This document shows positions 27,998-37,923 of a stretch of 55,631 nucleotides of DNA, in pieces. Within the stretch, counting starts at the first letter, position 1. The number at the start of each line of letters is the position of its first letter. The translations under genes and the position numbers were made by a program. Location of the stretch: positions 1 to 55,631 of the forward strand of contig CAMMBL010000003.1 of the NCBI GenBank assembly GCA_946494015.1, read 5' to 3'. The notes under the pieces were generated by a model. The model did no database searches, was not told the DNA's origin, and worked only from the letters and a program-made list of their open reading frames with translations. This DNA comes from an uncultured Mycoplasmatota bacterium. GTDB taxonomy: Bacteria > Bacillota_I > Bacilli_A > RF39 > UBA660.

Positions 27998-28888
27998 TTA
28001 ATTTTTTCTTACTTTTATTATATCATCTTTTTCTAACTCACCAATAAGTAAAGATGAATTTACATTATGCTGTTTATAATTACTAATAACATCACTTTCA
28101 TTATAATTAGCATAACAATAACGACAAAAATGTTTACAAGAATTATAATAACCTATATCAACCATTTCTACACAATTACATAGATTACCTTTTCTAATTC
28201 TACTTTTCTTAAATTTAGTCTTTCCAGTAAGCCTTTTAGCAAGTTCTACTCCTAAACAATCTCCTTTAATAAAACCATACTCTACAAGATTTTCTTTTTC
28301 AAAGCAAGTTTGTACTGTCATATTATATTTATTTGCAATAGAACTAAAAGATGTTCCTATTATTTTATAATCTTCAAAATCAAAAGGTTTAACTCTTAAT
28401 ACGCTCATATTTTTCCTTACATTTTTATAATCATCTATAAAAGAAACAATAATATGTTTAACATATCCATTAAGTAAACTACAAAGTCTCTTGAAGGCTT
28501 TAATATGATAAGCCAAATTATATTTATCACTCAAAAATATAGGATCATATCTAACATAAATATTATCACTTCCTATTATCTTAGATATTTCTATAACACT
28601 TTCTATTATCTTATCTTTATTAAATACATTAGGTTCAATATCTCTTTTATAAGGAGTAATTGTAACATTAAAAATAATTGGTTTATTTATCTCTTTTAAG
28701 TAAGGAATAATAGGTCTAGGATTCTTAGTACAAAAGTAAATCAAATCTACATCACTAAAATATATCCTACTAACTTGTTTCTTATAAAAAGGATTTCTAA
28801 CATCAACATATCCTTCCTTTAATCGTTTCATAAACCAAGGAGTATAGAATGCTACTATATCACATCTACCACTTACAAAAAGAATCAC
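27998..28888 (-). CDS. DUF1848 family protein
   Basis: ILFVSGRCDIVAFY..WF..RLKEG.V.VRNPF, FCTKNP, RYDPI, C.CV..VDIG.YNSC.H.C.YCYAN. Start moved to GTG 28888 (RBS AAGGT). Confidence 0.88.
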   Translation of the reverse strand: MILFVSGRCDIVAFYTPWFMKRLKEGYVDVRNPFYKKQVSRIYFSDVDLIYFCTKNPRPIIPYLKEINKPIIFNVTITPYKRDIEPNVFNKDKIIESVIEISKIIGSDNIYVRYDPIFLSDKYNLAYHIKAFKRLCSLLNGYVKHIIVSFIDDYKNVRKNMSVLRVKPFDFEDYKIIGTSFSSIANKYNMTVQTCFEKENLVEYGFIKGDCLGVELAKRLTGKTKFKKSRIRKGNLCNCVEMVDIGYYNSCKHFCRYCYANYNESDVISNYKQHNVNSSLLIGELEKDDIIKVRKN

Positions 28889-29047
28889 ATTTATCACTAC
28901 CTTAACACATATAATATTACAAAAACTTGAAACTAATTTATTACAGCTTCTATTGCTATACAAAATTTAATTTGATACTATATTTATAAGGAACATTTCA
29001 ATATGAGTGTCGTCTCCTTCCAACTTATAAAAGGAGGCTTGAAAAAT

Positions 29048-29140
29048 ATGAAAATTAAAACTTTTATATTAAGACTTTTAAAGTCTCTTGCTTTTATTAT
29101 TTTAAGCCTTGCCATATTGGTAATAGCCATTAAAATATAA
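29048..29140 (+). CDS. Unannotated 30-aa hydrophobic peptide, candidate type I toxin
   Basis: MKIKTFILRLLKSLAFIILSLAILVIAIKI; AAAGGAGG RBS; anti-SD CTCCTT upstream; promoter TTGCTA(28953)-17-TACTAT(28976). Confidence 0.75.
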   Translation: MKIKTFILRLLKSLAFIILSLAILVIAIKI

Positions 29141-29252
29141 AAACGGCACTCTAATCATCATGACTAGAGTGTCAAACCCATTTTTTGATGAGACATTCAC
29201 TTGACGAATTGAATTGTTCCTCTTTTTATATTGTATGAAAATTTTTTTTACA
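29141..29252 (-). ncRNA. Candidate antisense antitoxin RNA (about 110 nt)
   Basis: Convergent promoter TTGCAT(29281-29286)-17-TATGAT(29258-29263); terminator GACACTCTA...TAGAGTGCC-GTTTTT ending near 29141. Confidence 0.55.
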
Positions 29253-29296
29253 TATACATCATATCATAATTATTACATTTATGCAAATTTATATTT

Positions 29297-31243
29297 TTAA
29301 AATTCTACATATCTATTACTATTATAAATAGTTCCATCTACTTCTACATAAATAGAATATTTCCCACTAAGTCCTTCTTCATTAATATATTTAGTAACAC
29401 TAATACCTTCTTTAGTTTCTTCTTCTGTAAATATATCAACACATAAAGCTGTATAAGGTTTCCTACTTATAGGAACATTATAAATATTTTTTGTACCATT
29501 TTTGTAAAGGATAACATTAACATTAGTACCTCTTTTAAACTTACCAGTAAATACTAATCTATCAACTTCTTTAGTAATACTAATATTATGTTCTTCTTCT
29601 ATATCCTTAAAATCTTTACTATTTAAAACAAAACCTAACTTATTACTAGTAACAGGAGTTTCTCCTAAACTACCAACTCTTTCAGCTTTTTCTAAAGTAA
29701 AGTTTTCATTTTCTGGATACAAGCTCATCTTTTCTACTCGATAATTATTAGTAGGTAAAACGATTTCAAAGATAACCTCTCCATCTTTATATTCGACAGT
29801 ATCACTAACTAACTTATCCGCTCCACCAATTCCAGCAGGCTGATTAGAGTTCTTTCCATCTACATAAACTATACCACCAGAATGAATTATATAATGGTCA
29901 TTATCTAAGTAATCAACATCAGATATATAAGGAGAATAAAACTCACTACCACGTTCTTTTCCATATTCAAAGACTTGTTCAATAGTCATATTATCTGTAT
30001 CTATCTTATACATAACACCACGAGAATAACTATCACTAGCATCAACATATTCATCTTTATTTTTAGATTTATTATTACCATTATCAAAGATAAATACATA
30101 ACCTTCAGGAGTAATCATCGCAGCATGTTGACTCCATTGCCACTCAAAATCATCACCTACAGGTTTAAAGAAATACTTCTGATATTCACTACTCCAATTG
30201 GTAGAATCTCCTATTATCCAGTTTAAATCCCCACTATCATAATCTATATTAATAACAGCATCTTGATGTCTTCCAGATAATGTTATGGAATTCGTCTTTT
30301 CATCATACCAAACAGAATTATTATGGAACCAGTCATACTGTGTCCAGTTTTCACTCTTACCATCTTCCATATTTAAAACATCTTTTAAATCAAAATGTTT
30401 AACAATTTTACCAGTTTCTCTATCAAGTTCTACAACATAATCTTCAACAGTACCATCTCCACTAGTAAAATCATCACTTGCAACTAGCAAATTACCATTA
30501 GGCATTTCATAATAATCATGATGGTACCCTCCTGGTAAACTATACTCTTTATATATCTTACCTAACATATCCATCTCATATAAACCTGTCATATAATAAG
30601 GACTATTAACTAATCTTTCTGTACTTAACATTAAATGGCCATTATCGAGTCTATTAACCTCCCAAATAGAGTTAATAGTTAAATACCATCGAACACTCCC
30701 ATTTACATCATATGCACAAGTATAACCACCACTAGATGGTGTAAAGAAATATAAGTCGTTTGTTAATTCACTTTTATCAGCATTAACAGAAGTAGGCAAG
30801 ATAAAATCATCAGGTAATGCTTCCGTAGTAATTGTAAACTCACGTCTTACATCACCATATTCTACAACTACTATATTATCTCTATCAGGATAAAGTCCAT
30901 ATATAGGTAAATAATGTTCAGTTCCTTCCTCAAAAGTATATTCATAAGTTGTAAGTTCATCATCACCTTCTATAGTAACTTTAGGACTAACGGACTTCTC
31001 AGTCTTAAAGATAATAAGTGCCGTTAAAGGTGAAATCTCATAAGGATTAACAATTACATCAGCATCAGCAAGATCTTTAAGTTTTATAGGAAAATCATCC
31101 TCTAACTTACTCTCCCTCTCTATTAAACTACTAACAAATTTTACTTCTTTATTATTAGTACTTAAATCATTTAAAACTAAAAAAGAACCTAAAACTAATA
31201 CAAAAATAATTATAATAGTTATAATAACAATTTTCTTCTTCAT
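29297..31243 (-). CDS. Aryl-sulfate sulfotransferase (ASST), N-terminally membrane anchored
   Basis: NPY..SPLTALI.F N-terminal domain, YHHD, DWFHNNS, GRHQDAV, SQHA, FDNGNN, SPYISDV motifs. Confidence 0.88.
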   Translation of the reverse strand: MKKKIVIITIIIIFVLVLGSFLVLNDLSTNNKEVKFVSSLIERESKLEDDFPIKLKDLADADVIVNPYEISPLTALIIFKTEKSVSPKVTIEGDDELTTYEYTFEEGTEHYLPIYGLYPDRDNIVVVEYGDVRREFTITTEALPDDFILPTSVNADKSELTNDLYFFTPSSGGYTCAYDVNGSVRWYLTINSIWEVNRLDNGHLMLSTERLVNSPYYMTGLYEMDMLGKIYKEYSLPGGYHHDYYEMPNGNLLVASDDFTSGDGTVEDYVVELDRETGKIVKHFDLKDVLNMEDGKSENWTQYDWFHNNSVWYDEKTNSITLSGRHQDAVINIDYDSGDLNWIIGDSTNWSSEYQKYFFKPVGDDFEWQWSQHAAMITPEGYVFIFDNGNNKSKNKDEYVDASDSYSRGVMYKIDTDNMTIEQVFEYGKERGSEFYSPYISDVDYLDNDHYIIHSGGIVYVDGKNSNQPAGIGGADKLVSDTVEYKDGEVIFEIVLPTNNYRVEKMSLYPENENFTLEKAERVGSLGETPVTSNKLGFVLNSKDFKDIEEEHNISITKEVDRLVFTGKFKRGTNVNVILYKNGTKNIYNVPISRKPYTALCVDIFTEEETKEGISVTKYINEEGLSGKYSIYVEVDGTIYNSNRYVEF

Positions 31244-31314
31244 AAAATCTCCTCCACAGTTTTATTTTACTTTAAAGAAAACTACTAAGTAAATAAAACA
31301 GCAGTTGAAAAAAC

Positions 31315-32025
31315 TCAACTATCAGTTGAGTCTAAACAATTATCATCAAAACTTAAAGGGACTTCATAAGTAACAGTCTTATCATCAAGACTAGTAGCAT
31401 TAATCTCCAATACTAACTGATTATCTTTAAATAACTTACAACTACTAGCATAATCATCTACTGTAAAATCTATATTACTAAGTAAATCTTTAAGAGTCTC
31501 TACATCTCTATTATCACTCTTACAACTACTAATCTTAGTCTTAGCATCACCATTAACATCATAAAGATTACAACTTAAACTCTTATATTCTGTATCATCA
31601 TCACTATTATTATAGTTAATACTAGATATATAAATAGATGACTTATCAGGAGAAAAGGCAAGTACTCCACTAACATCAAAATCATTAGAATCAGTTTCTA
31701 ACACTTTAAATTCATAAGTTTCTTTATGAGTGACAAAAAACACCAATATTCCTATAAAACAAATACCTAAAACTGATATCGGAATAAGTATTTTCTTATT
31801 TAACTTCTTCCTATCTTTAACAGTTCCCTCTAATAACTCGTCTATATTAACATTAAATATCTCACTAATAGTTTTAAGAATGACAATATCAGGTATACTT
31901 TTCCCATTCTCCCATTTACTAACCGCTTGATAAGTAACCCCTAACTTCTTAGCAAGTTCATCTTGTGTTAAGTTATTATCTTTTCTAAGTTTCTTTATAA
32001 ATTTACCAATTCTCTCTTGATCCAT
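31315..32025 (-). CDS. XRE HTH + single TM + extracytoplasmic domain regulator
   Basis: IGKFIKKLRKDNNLTQDELAKKLGVTYQAVSKWENG, followed by a TM segment. Confidence 0.85.
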   Translation of the reverse strand: MDQERIGKFIKKLRKDNNLTQDELAKKLGVTYQAVSKWENGKSIPDIVILKTISEIFNVNIDELLEGTVKDRKKLNKKILIPISVLGICFIGILVFFVTHKETYEFKVLETDSNDFDVSGVLAFSPDKSSIYISSINYNNSDDDTEYKSLSCNLYDVNGDAKTKISSCKSDNRDVETLKDLLSNIDFTVDDYASSCKLFKDNQLVLEINATSLDDKTVTYEVPLSFDDNCLDSTDS

Positions 32026-32121
32026 TTACATCACTTTCTTCCCCTAAACAATATTATATTAATATTATAACACATAGAAAGTTATTCTTTTATAGTAAAA
32101 AATAGTTGATCAACAACTATC

Positions 32122-32874
32122 TCATTTAACTTCTAACTCTATCGGACAGTGATCACTTCCAAACACATCACTGTCTATTTTCATATCCTTTACACTCTCT
32201 ATAAATCTATTTGACACTAGAAAATAGTCAATTCTCCAACCTATATTCTTCTCTCTTGCTCTACCCATATAACTCCACCAAGTATAAGCATCAGTCCTAT
32301 CTTTATATAGATAACGATAAACATCAGTAAAGCCCCCATCTAAAAGTCTTGTAAAAGCATCACGTTCTTCAACAGTAAAACCAGCATTACCAACATTACC
32401 TTTAGGATTAGCAAGATCTATTTCTTTATGAGCAACATTAAAATCTCCACAAACTATAACAGGTTTCTTTTTGTCAAGGCTCTGTAAATATTTAAGAAAA
32501 TCTTCTTCCCAAGTCATTCGATAATCAAGCCTTGACAAGTCTCTCTTTACATTAGGAACATATACACAAACTAAGAAAAAGTCATCATATTCAAGTGTTA
32601 TAACTCTCCCTTCATGATCATGAATATCAACATCAATTCCATAAGCCACATCAAGAGGTTTAACTCTAGAATAAACAGCCACCCCAGAATAACCTTTCTT
32701 ATCAGCAGTATTTAAATAAAAGTTGTACCCCTCCGGTCTAAATGGAATCTCACTTTCAATTGCTTTAACTTCCTGCAAACAATAAACATCAGCATTAGAC
32801 TCTTTAAAGAAGTCTTCAAAACCTTTCTTTAAACATGCTCTAAAACCAGCTACATTAAAAGATACTATCTTCAT
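32122..32874 (-). CDS. exoA: Exodeoxyribonuclease III / AP endonuclease
   Basis: SFNVAG, CLQEVK, KGYSGVA, EGRVITLE, CGDFNVAH, YTWWSY, GWRIDYF, SDHCP. Confidence 0.96.
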   Translation of the reverse strand: MKIVSFNVAGFRACLKKGFEDFFKESNADVYCLQEVKAIESEIPFRPEGYNFYLNTADKKGYSGVAVYSRVKPLDVAYGIDVDIHDHEGRVITLEYDDFFLVCVYVPNVKRDLSRLDYRMTWEEDFLKYLQSLDKKKPVIVCGDFNVAHKEIDLANPKGNVGNAGFTVEERDAFTRLLDGGFTDVYRYLYKDRTDAYTWWSYMGRAREKNIGWRIDYFLVSNRFIESVKDMKIDSDVFGSDHCPIELEVK

Positions 32875-32881
32875 AATACAC

Positions 32882-33889
32882 CTACTTACTATTCATTGCT
32901 TGTAAAGCTGTAATTGCCACAACACCTACTATATCATTAGCATTACAACCACGTGACAAATCATTAACAGGTTTAGCAAGTCCTTGGGTAACAGGTCCAT
33001 ATGCTTTCGCATGAGCAAGACGTTCTGTAATTTTATAACCAATGTTTCCAGCATCTAAATCTGGAAAAATTAATACATTAGCTTTACCAGCAACACTACT
33101 ATTAGGAGCTTTACTCTTAGCAACAAGAGGAACAACAGCAGCATCAAACTGTAATTCTCCATCTAAATTAATATCAGGATATTCCCTCTTAGCCATCTCA
33201 ACAGCCTTTACTACTTTATCAACATCAGCACATTTAGAAGATCCAAAAGTAGAATGAGATAAAAAGGCTACATTAGGTTCTTCTTCTACCAATAATTTAA
33301 AAGTTTTTGCACTCTCTTTAGCAATCTCTACTAATTCTTCACTACTAGGATTTTGGATCATTCCACAATCAGAATAAACAAACACACCATTAGAACCATA
33401 TTCACAATTAGGAACAACCATTAAAAAGAAAGCAGAAGCAACTTTTGTATCTTTACTAGTCTTAATTATCTGTAAAGCTGGTCTTAGAGTATCAGCACTA
33501 CTATGACGAGCTCCAGAAACAACCCCATCAGCAAACCCGTTTTTAACTAACATATTAGCAAAATAAACATAATCATTTAAAATAGTATTTCTTGCTTCAT
33601 CTAAACTAATACCTTTATGTTTTCTAAGAAGATAATAGTCATTAATTAACTTTTCACTATCACTAAAAGTCTCTGGATTAATAATAGTAACCCCATTAAT
33701 ATCAATATTATTATCTTTAGCAAGACTTTCTATTTCACTTTCCCTACCTACTAAAATAATATCAGCGAAAGCTTCTTTTTTTATAATAGAAGCCGCCTCT
33801 AACACTCTAACATCATTAGATTCAGGTAAAACTATTTTCTTAAAATCAGCTTTAACTCTTGCCTTTATTTTATCAATAAATTCCATCAA
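32882..33889 (-). CDS. pta: Phosphate acetyltransferase
   Basis: IVLPESND.RVL, LRPALQIIK, DGELQFDAA, FPDLDAGNIGYK, PVNDLSRGC. Confidence 0.97.
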   Translation of the reverse strand: MMEFIDKIKARVKADFKKIVLPESNDVRVLEAASIIKKEAFADIILVGRESEIESLAKDNNIDINGVTIINPETFSDSEKLINDYYLLRKHKGISLDEARNTILNDYVYFANMLVKNGFADGVVSGARHSSADTLRPALQIIKTSKDTKVASAFFLMVVPNCEYGSNGVFVYSDCGMIQNPSSEELVEIAKESAKTFKLLVEEEPNVAFLSHSTFGSSKCADVDKVVKAVEMAKREYPDINLDGELQFDAAVVPLVAKSKAPNSSVAGKANVLIFPDLDAGNIGYKITERLAHAKAYGPVTQGLAKPVNDLSRGCNANDIVGVVAITALQAMNSK

Positions 33890-34067
33890 ATCATCTCCAT
33901 AAACATTTTATCAAAGCAAAAGATTTAAGTCTATATCAAATATATTTTATTACAAAAGAAAAATAGAGCTCCATCGAAAGACAGTGCCCTTATTTAATAT
34001 TTTTTTCTTGCATAAACAATATACCATATGTTACTACTTATATCAAACTATTATCAATATTTTCTTA

Positions 34068-35018
34068 TTAATTTTCTTTATTTATTTTATGTTCAATACG
34101 TTTTACCAACTGTACACTAGCTTCCACATCATCAACACTACGATTAGTAAATTCAGCTATTTCCCTAACATTAGCTTTAGATGAAAGATTATACCTACTT
34201 GCATGAATAACCTTACTAATAGTTATCAAAGCTTCATTCATATCATCTTCATCATGAATTACATCCATAATACTATCACCAACAATTTCAATTATTTTTC
34301 TAGATTCGTCTGCTAATTTAATATTATCTTTAACTTCATTAACTAACCCAAATGGATACATTTTTTTAACCATTTCTTTAAGTTTCAAAGACATTGGCAT
34401 TTTTTTCTTTCCCATTAAATAAAAAGCATAATCACAATCTAAAGTTATACCAAACTCTGATAATATAGACATCATAGTTTGGACTTTAACATTAATATCT
34501 TCACTACTAAAGTCAGGATTTTCTTTATAAAATAACTTATATATTTCTATTAGTGCTTTATCATTATCATTAATTATAATAGGACCTACATTAGATAAAT
34601 CAGAAATATATTTCATAATATCGCTTAAATCATCAGTATATTTTTTTAAATTATCTACCTCATTATGATAATTAAGCTCTAATCCCATAATATTGTCATA
34701 CTTTATTTTATATTTTTGTGAATTTTTAGTAAAATTAAACCAATGAAGATTATATAAATTAAGATAAAAAACCTTTTCTTTTTCATCATCACAACTAACA
34801 ATAACATCAAGCGATATTTCCTGATACTCCCTTAAGATCGTTCTTAAAATTGTTACATTTTCTATCATATTATCATGTTTATGATTATCTACAAAATTTC
34901 TTATCATACGTTTAACTTCGTCTTCATCAATATCTTGTTTTAAAGGAATGCCTTCGTATTTAACTTCTATACTTTCACCCTCAAAGTTACACATTTCACT
35001 AAAACTTACCGTTTCCAT
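34068..35018 (-). CDS. Hypothetical protein (316 aa); C-terminal half weakly YwgA/Panacea-like
   Basis: AGGAGG RBS; segment KVQTMMSIL..FG..L..DY.F...P.S..L. Confidence 0.7.
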   Translation of the reverse strand: METVSFSEMCNFEGESIEVKYEGIPLKQDIDEDEVKRMIRNFVDNHKHDNMIENVTILRTILREYQEISLDVIVSCDDEKEKVFYLNLYNLHWFNFTKNSQKYKIKYDNIMGLELNYHNEVDNLKKYTDDLSDIMKYISDLSNVGPIIINDNDKALIEIYKLFYKENPDFSSEDINVKVQTMMSILSEFGITLDCDYAFYLMGKKKMPMSLKLKEMVKKMYPFGLVNEVKDNIKLADESRKIIEIVGDSIMDVIHDEDDMNEALITISKVIHASRYNLSSKANVREIAEFTNRSVDDVEASVQLVKRIEHKINKEN

Positions 35019-35153
35019 ATGTTCCTCCTTTATTTGACTAATTATTATATACTATAAGACCTTTTTCTACAATGCCTTTATTAAAAAATAGGTCTATGTT
35101 TGTAAGAATTTGCAAAAATAATTTAACATTTTTCTCTCATAATTAATATATAA

Positions 35154-35378
35154 TTATCTACAATGTTTATGTTTTTCTTGTAAAGAATCATCGTCTTGAA
35201 TCATCATAACATCATAAAAAGCTTTACTTACTGCATCAACTTGTTCCATAGTTGCATATTCCTTACCATCAATAGCCTTATAACTAATTCCTTTTCCATA
35301 ATCTGTTAAATTATCAATATTATAATCGTTACTTGCTTTTATTTTATTATCAATATACGTATATTCCTCCACTTGCAA
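35154..35378 (-). CDS. Small hypothetical protein (74 aa)
   Basis: ORF track; start uncertain (an internal GTGGAGG may be the RBS of a later start). Confidence 0.5.
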   Translation of the reverse strand: MQVEEYTYIDNKIKASNDYNIDNLTDYGKGISYKAIDGKEYATMEQVDAVSKAFYDVMMIQDDDSLQEKHKHCR

Positions 35379-35394
35379 TTAAAATATCATACTA

Positions 35395-37911
35395 TTATCT
35401 AACTCTCTTTCTATAATAAATAAGAGTTCCTAAAAACATCACTAAACAAACACAAGATATAACTAATCCTTCTTTAAATAAGGGAGAGACATAAACTAAT
35501 TTAATATTATGATTACCTTCATTTATCTTAAAGCCAATAAAACTCTTATTAACAACTTCATAAGTAGTCTTTTCACCATCAACATATATTTCAAAACCTT
35601 TATCATAAGGAATAGATAGTTTAAAGTAACCATCATTCTTAACATCAATATTACCTTCTATAACATCACCTTTAGTCTTATCTCTATCAATAACAAAAGG
35701 AGATATTTCATCATTAATAGACACTAAATCATTATAATTATAGATAGCAGAAGAAAGATTAGATAACCTAAATTTACCTTCACTAAAAGTAATCTCTAAA
35801 GTATTATTACCACTTAAAGAATATTCAAAGTTATAATTATTATTATGATATTTCCATTTTCTACAACTAAGTTTATTACTAACCCCATTAATAGTAATAT
35901 AAGAGTCCCCCACACTGCATTTACTATTATAAAGCATCTTAAACTTTAAAAGTAAAATATCACTATCACTAATATTATTTAATTTAATAACTAGTTTATT
36001 ATCTTTAGAAGCTTTAATAGAGTATTCTCCCTTATCTTCCTCTATCTTTAAGTTCTTACTTTCTAAAACTTCAAAATCAGGTACATAATCTTTAACTTTT
36101 TTAACATAACTATCACTATAATCTCCATCAACAATAGCATAATTCAAATAAGCATCTAACTTCTCAAAATAAGATAAACTATTATACTCATCTAAACTCA
36201 TTATCTTACTAGTACTATAACCGGTAGGAAAAACATCTTCATTTCTATAAATACTATCAGCAACTTTTTTATAACCTAACATATTATTACTACTATTAAG
36301 TAAATACTTATTACCCATATAAAAGTTATAGAAAATATTATTATTACCCGTAAGCATACCATAACTTCTATAAATAAATTCATTATTAATTAAATTATTA
36401 TAGAAATCTTTATAATAAGAATTAGATAAAGAAGAATAAATACTACCTGTATAATAATTTACATCATAAATATAATTTGCCTTATCTAACTTAACACTTT
36501 GATCACTCATTCTATAAAAACTCTTATCTCTATCTAATACTTGATGTACTTTATCACTAGTTTCTTCATAATCTAAAGTATCATAAAAATCTTTAGTTAC
36601 AAAAATATCAGAAAAGTTAGTTGGAATAACTAAGACTAATGACATAACTCCAAGATAAATATAAAAAATAATATTCTTTTTAAGCTTAAAACTAATAAGT
36701 AAAAAGATAAGCAGAAGAACCATATCAACAACAAACAATAAGCATAAGAATTCATTCTTATAAACGAAAATAAGAAGATTGATAACTACAACTATTAAAG
36801 AAGTAATAATACTAATCTTTAATTTATTCTTATTGTTAAAAACATTCTTAAGAAAATACCCTATTAAAAGAATTGCAGGAGGTAGCATTGGTATAAAAGC
36901 TTTACCATTTAAATACATGCCTCCATTAAATACATAATCAAAAATAGGAAATACTAACAAAATGCTAAAAATTATACTAATTACTTTAACTTCACGTTTT
37001 TTAGTAATAATTCCATATATCAAAGCTATTATAAAGATGGCACTAAGTCCTAAAGAATAAGCTGAATACAGAGTATTAGAAATATCAAAGTTAGGAATAA
37101 ATAATCCAAATAATGAAATATCTTTATTAGTAGCAGTTCTACCACTTAGTAAAGCTGATGCTGTTGGAAGTAAAAGAAAACAACTCAAAAGCACTGGTAT
37201 TAACATTATAAAGACAAACCTAAAGCCTTCCCGAAAGAAATCTTTTACTGTAATTTTATCATTTCTTTTATCTTCTATATATCTATAAATACCATAAAGT
37301 AAAACACTAACTAAACCAACAACACTAAAATAATAACTAGTTAAAATTATTAAGAAAATAGCTATAACTAATAAAGATATTATCTTCTTATCAAAGTATT
37401 TATCGACACCTATTAAAGCCATAAGTAGGAATGGCATATAGTCAACAAACATAATATGTCTATGTAAATGAAAGATAAAACATCCTGATGTTAAAAATAA
37501 TAAAGTACTAACAAAACTAACTTTTAAATCAAATCTTCTTCTCAAAAAATAATACATTAAAACGATACTTACTATTAGACAAATAATCATACTAAACGGT
37601 ATATAAGTAATCATAGATACAAAAGGTAATAAATAAGAAATTAAAATAATAGGATTAAAAAGCCCATAATAAGAAATATTGTAAATATTTTGTCCTCCCC
37701 CAAGATTAAAAGCAAAATTAGGAAAAATATCACCAGTATCATAAAATAACTTTCTTAAATAATCAGGAAACATAATATGTTGACTAAGCCAGTCTTTCTT
37801 AGACCCAAAAAAATTAGTAAAGTTAACAAGTACTAATATAATAACTAAACTAATAATAATTAAAGTTAAAATATTTATAATATCATTTCTATGTTTTCTA
37901 ATTTTTTGCAA
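35395..37911 (-). CDS. YfhO-family polytopic membrane glycosyltransferase-like protein
   Basis: D...QH..F..Y, G.GG.N.Y....YY....P, multiple TMs, C-terminal SIPYDKGF..YVDG......VN..FIG.....G.H.I.L.Y. Confidence 0.88.
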   Translation of the reverse strand: MQKIRKHRNDIINILTLIIISLVIILVLVNFTNFFGSKKDWLSQHIMFPDYLRKLFYDTGDIFPNFAFNLGGGQNIYNISYYGLFNPIILISYLLPFVSMITYIPFSMIICLIVSIVLMYYFLRRRFDLKVSFVSTLLFLTSGCFIFHLHRHIMFVDYMPFLLMALIGVDKYFDKKIISLLVIAIFLIILTSYYFSVVGLVSVLLYGIYRYIEDKRNDKITVKDFFREGFRFVFIMLIPVLLSCFLLLPTASALLSGRTATNKDISLFGLFIPNFDISNTLYSAYSLGLSAIFIIALIYGIITKKREVKVISIIFSILLVFPIFDYVFNGGMYLNGKAFIPMLPPAILLIGYFLKNVFNNKNKLKISIITSLIVVVINLLIFVYKNEFLCLLFVVDMVLLLIFLLISFKLKKNIIFYIYLGVMSLVLVIPTNFSDIFVTKDFYDTLDYEETSDKVHQVLDRDKSFYRMSDQSVKLDKANYIYDVNYYTGSIYSSLSNSYYKDFYNNLINNEFIYRSYGMLTGNNNIFYNFYMGNKYLLNSSNNMLGYKKVADSIYRNEDVFPTGYSTSKIMSLDEYNSLSYFEKLDAYLNYAIVDGDYSDSYVKKVKDYVPDFEVLESKNLKIEEDKGEYSIKASKDNKLVIKLNNISDSDILLLKFKMLYNSKCSVGDSYITINGVSNKLSCRKWKYHNNNYNFEYSLSGNNTLEITFSEGKFRLSNLSSAIYNYNDLVSINDEISPFVIDRDKTKGDVIEGNIDVKNDGYFKLSIPYDKGFEIYVDGEKTTYEVVNKSFIGFKINEGNHNIKLVYVSPLFKEGLVISCVCLVMFLGTLIYYRKRVR

Positions 37912-37923
37912 ATTATCAATCTC

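Noticed and set aside
18086-33257. Remaining short opposite-strand ORFs (18086, 21952, 28505, 29975, 31730, 33042)
   Set aside because: Each lies antisense within a confidently identified gene.
33984-34184. 66-aa plus-strand ORF
   Set aside because: Low-complexity F/I/Y composition, overlaps the end of the 316-aa gene, no RBS.
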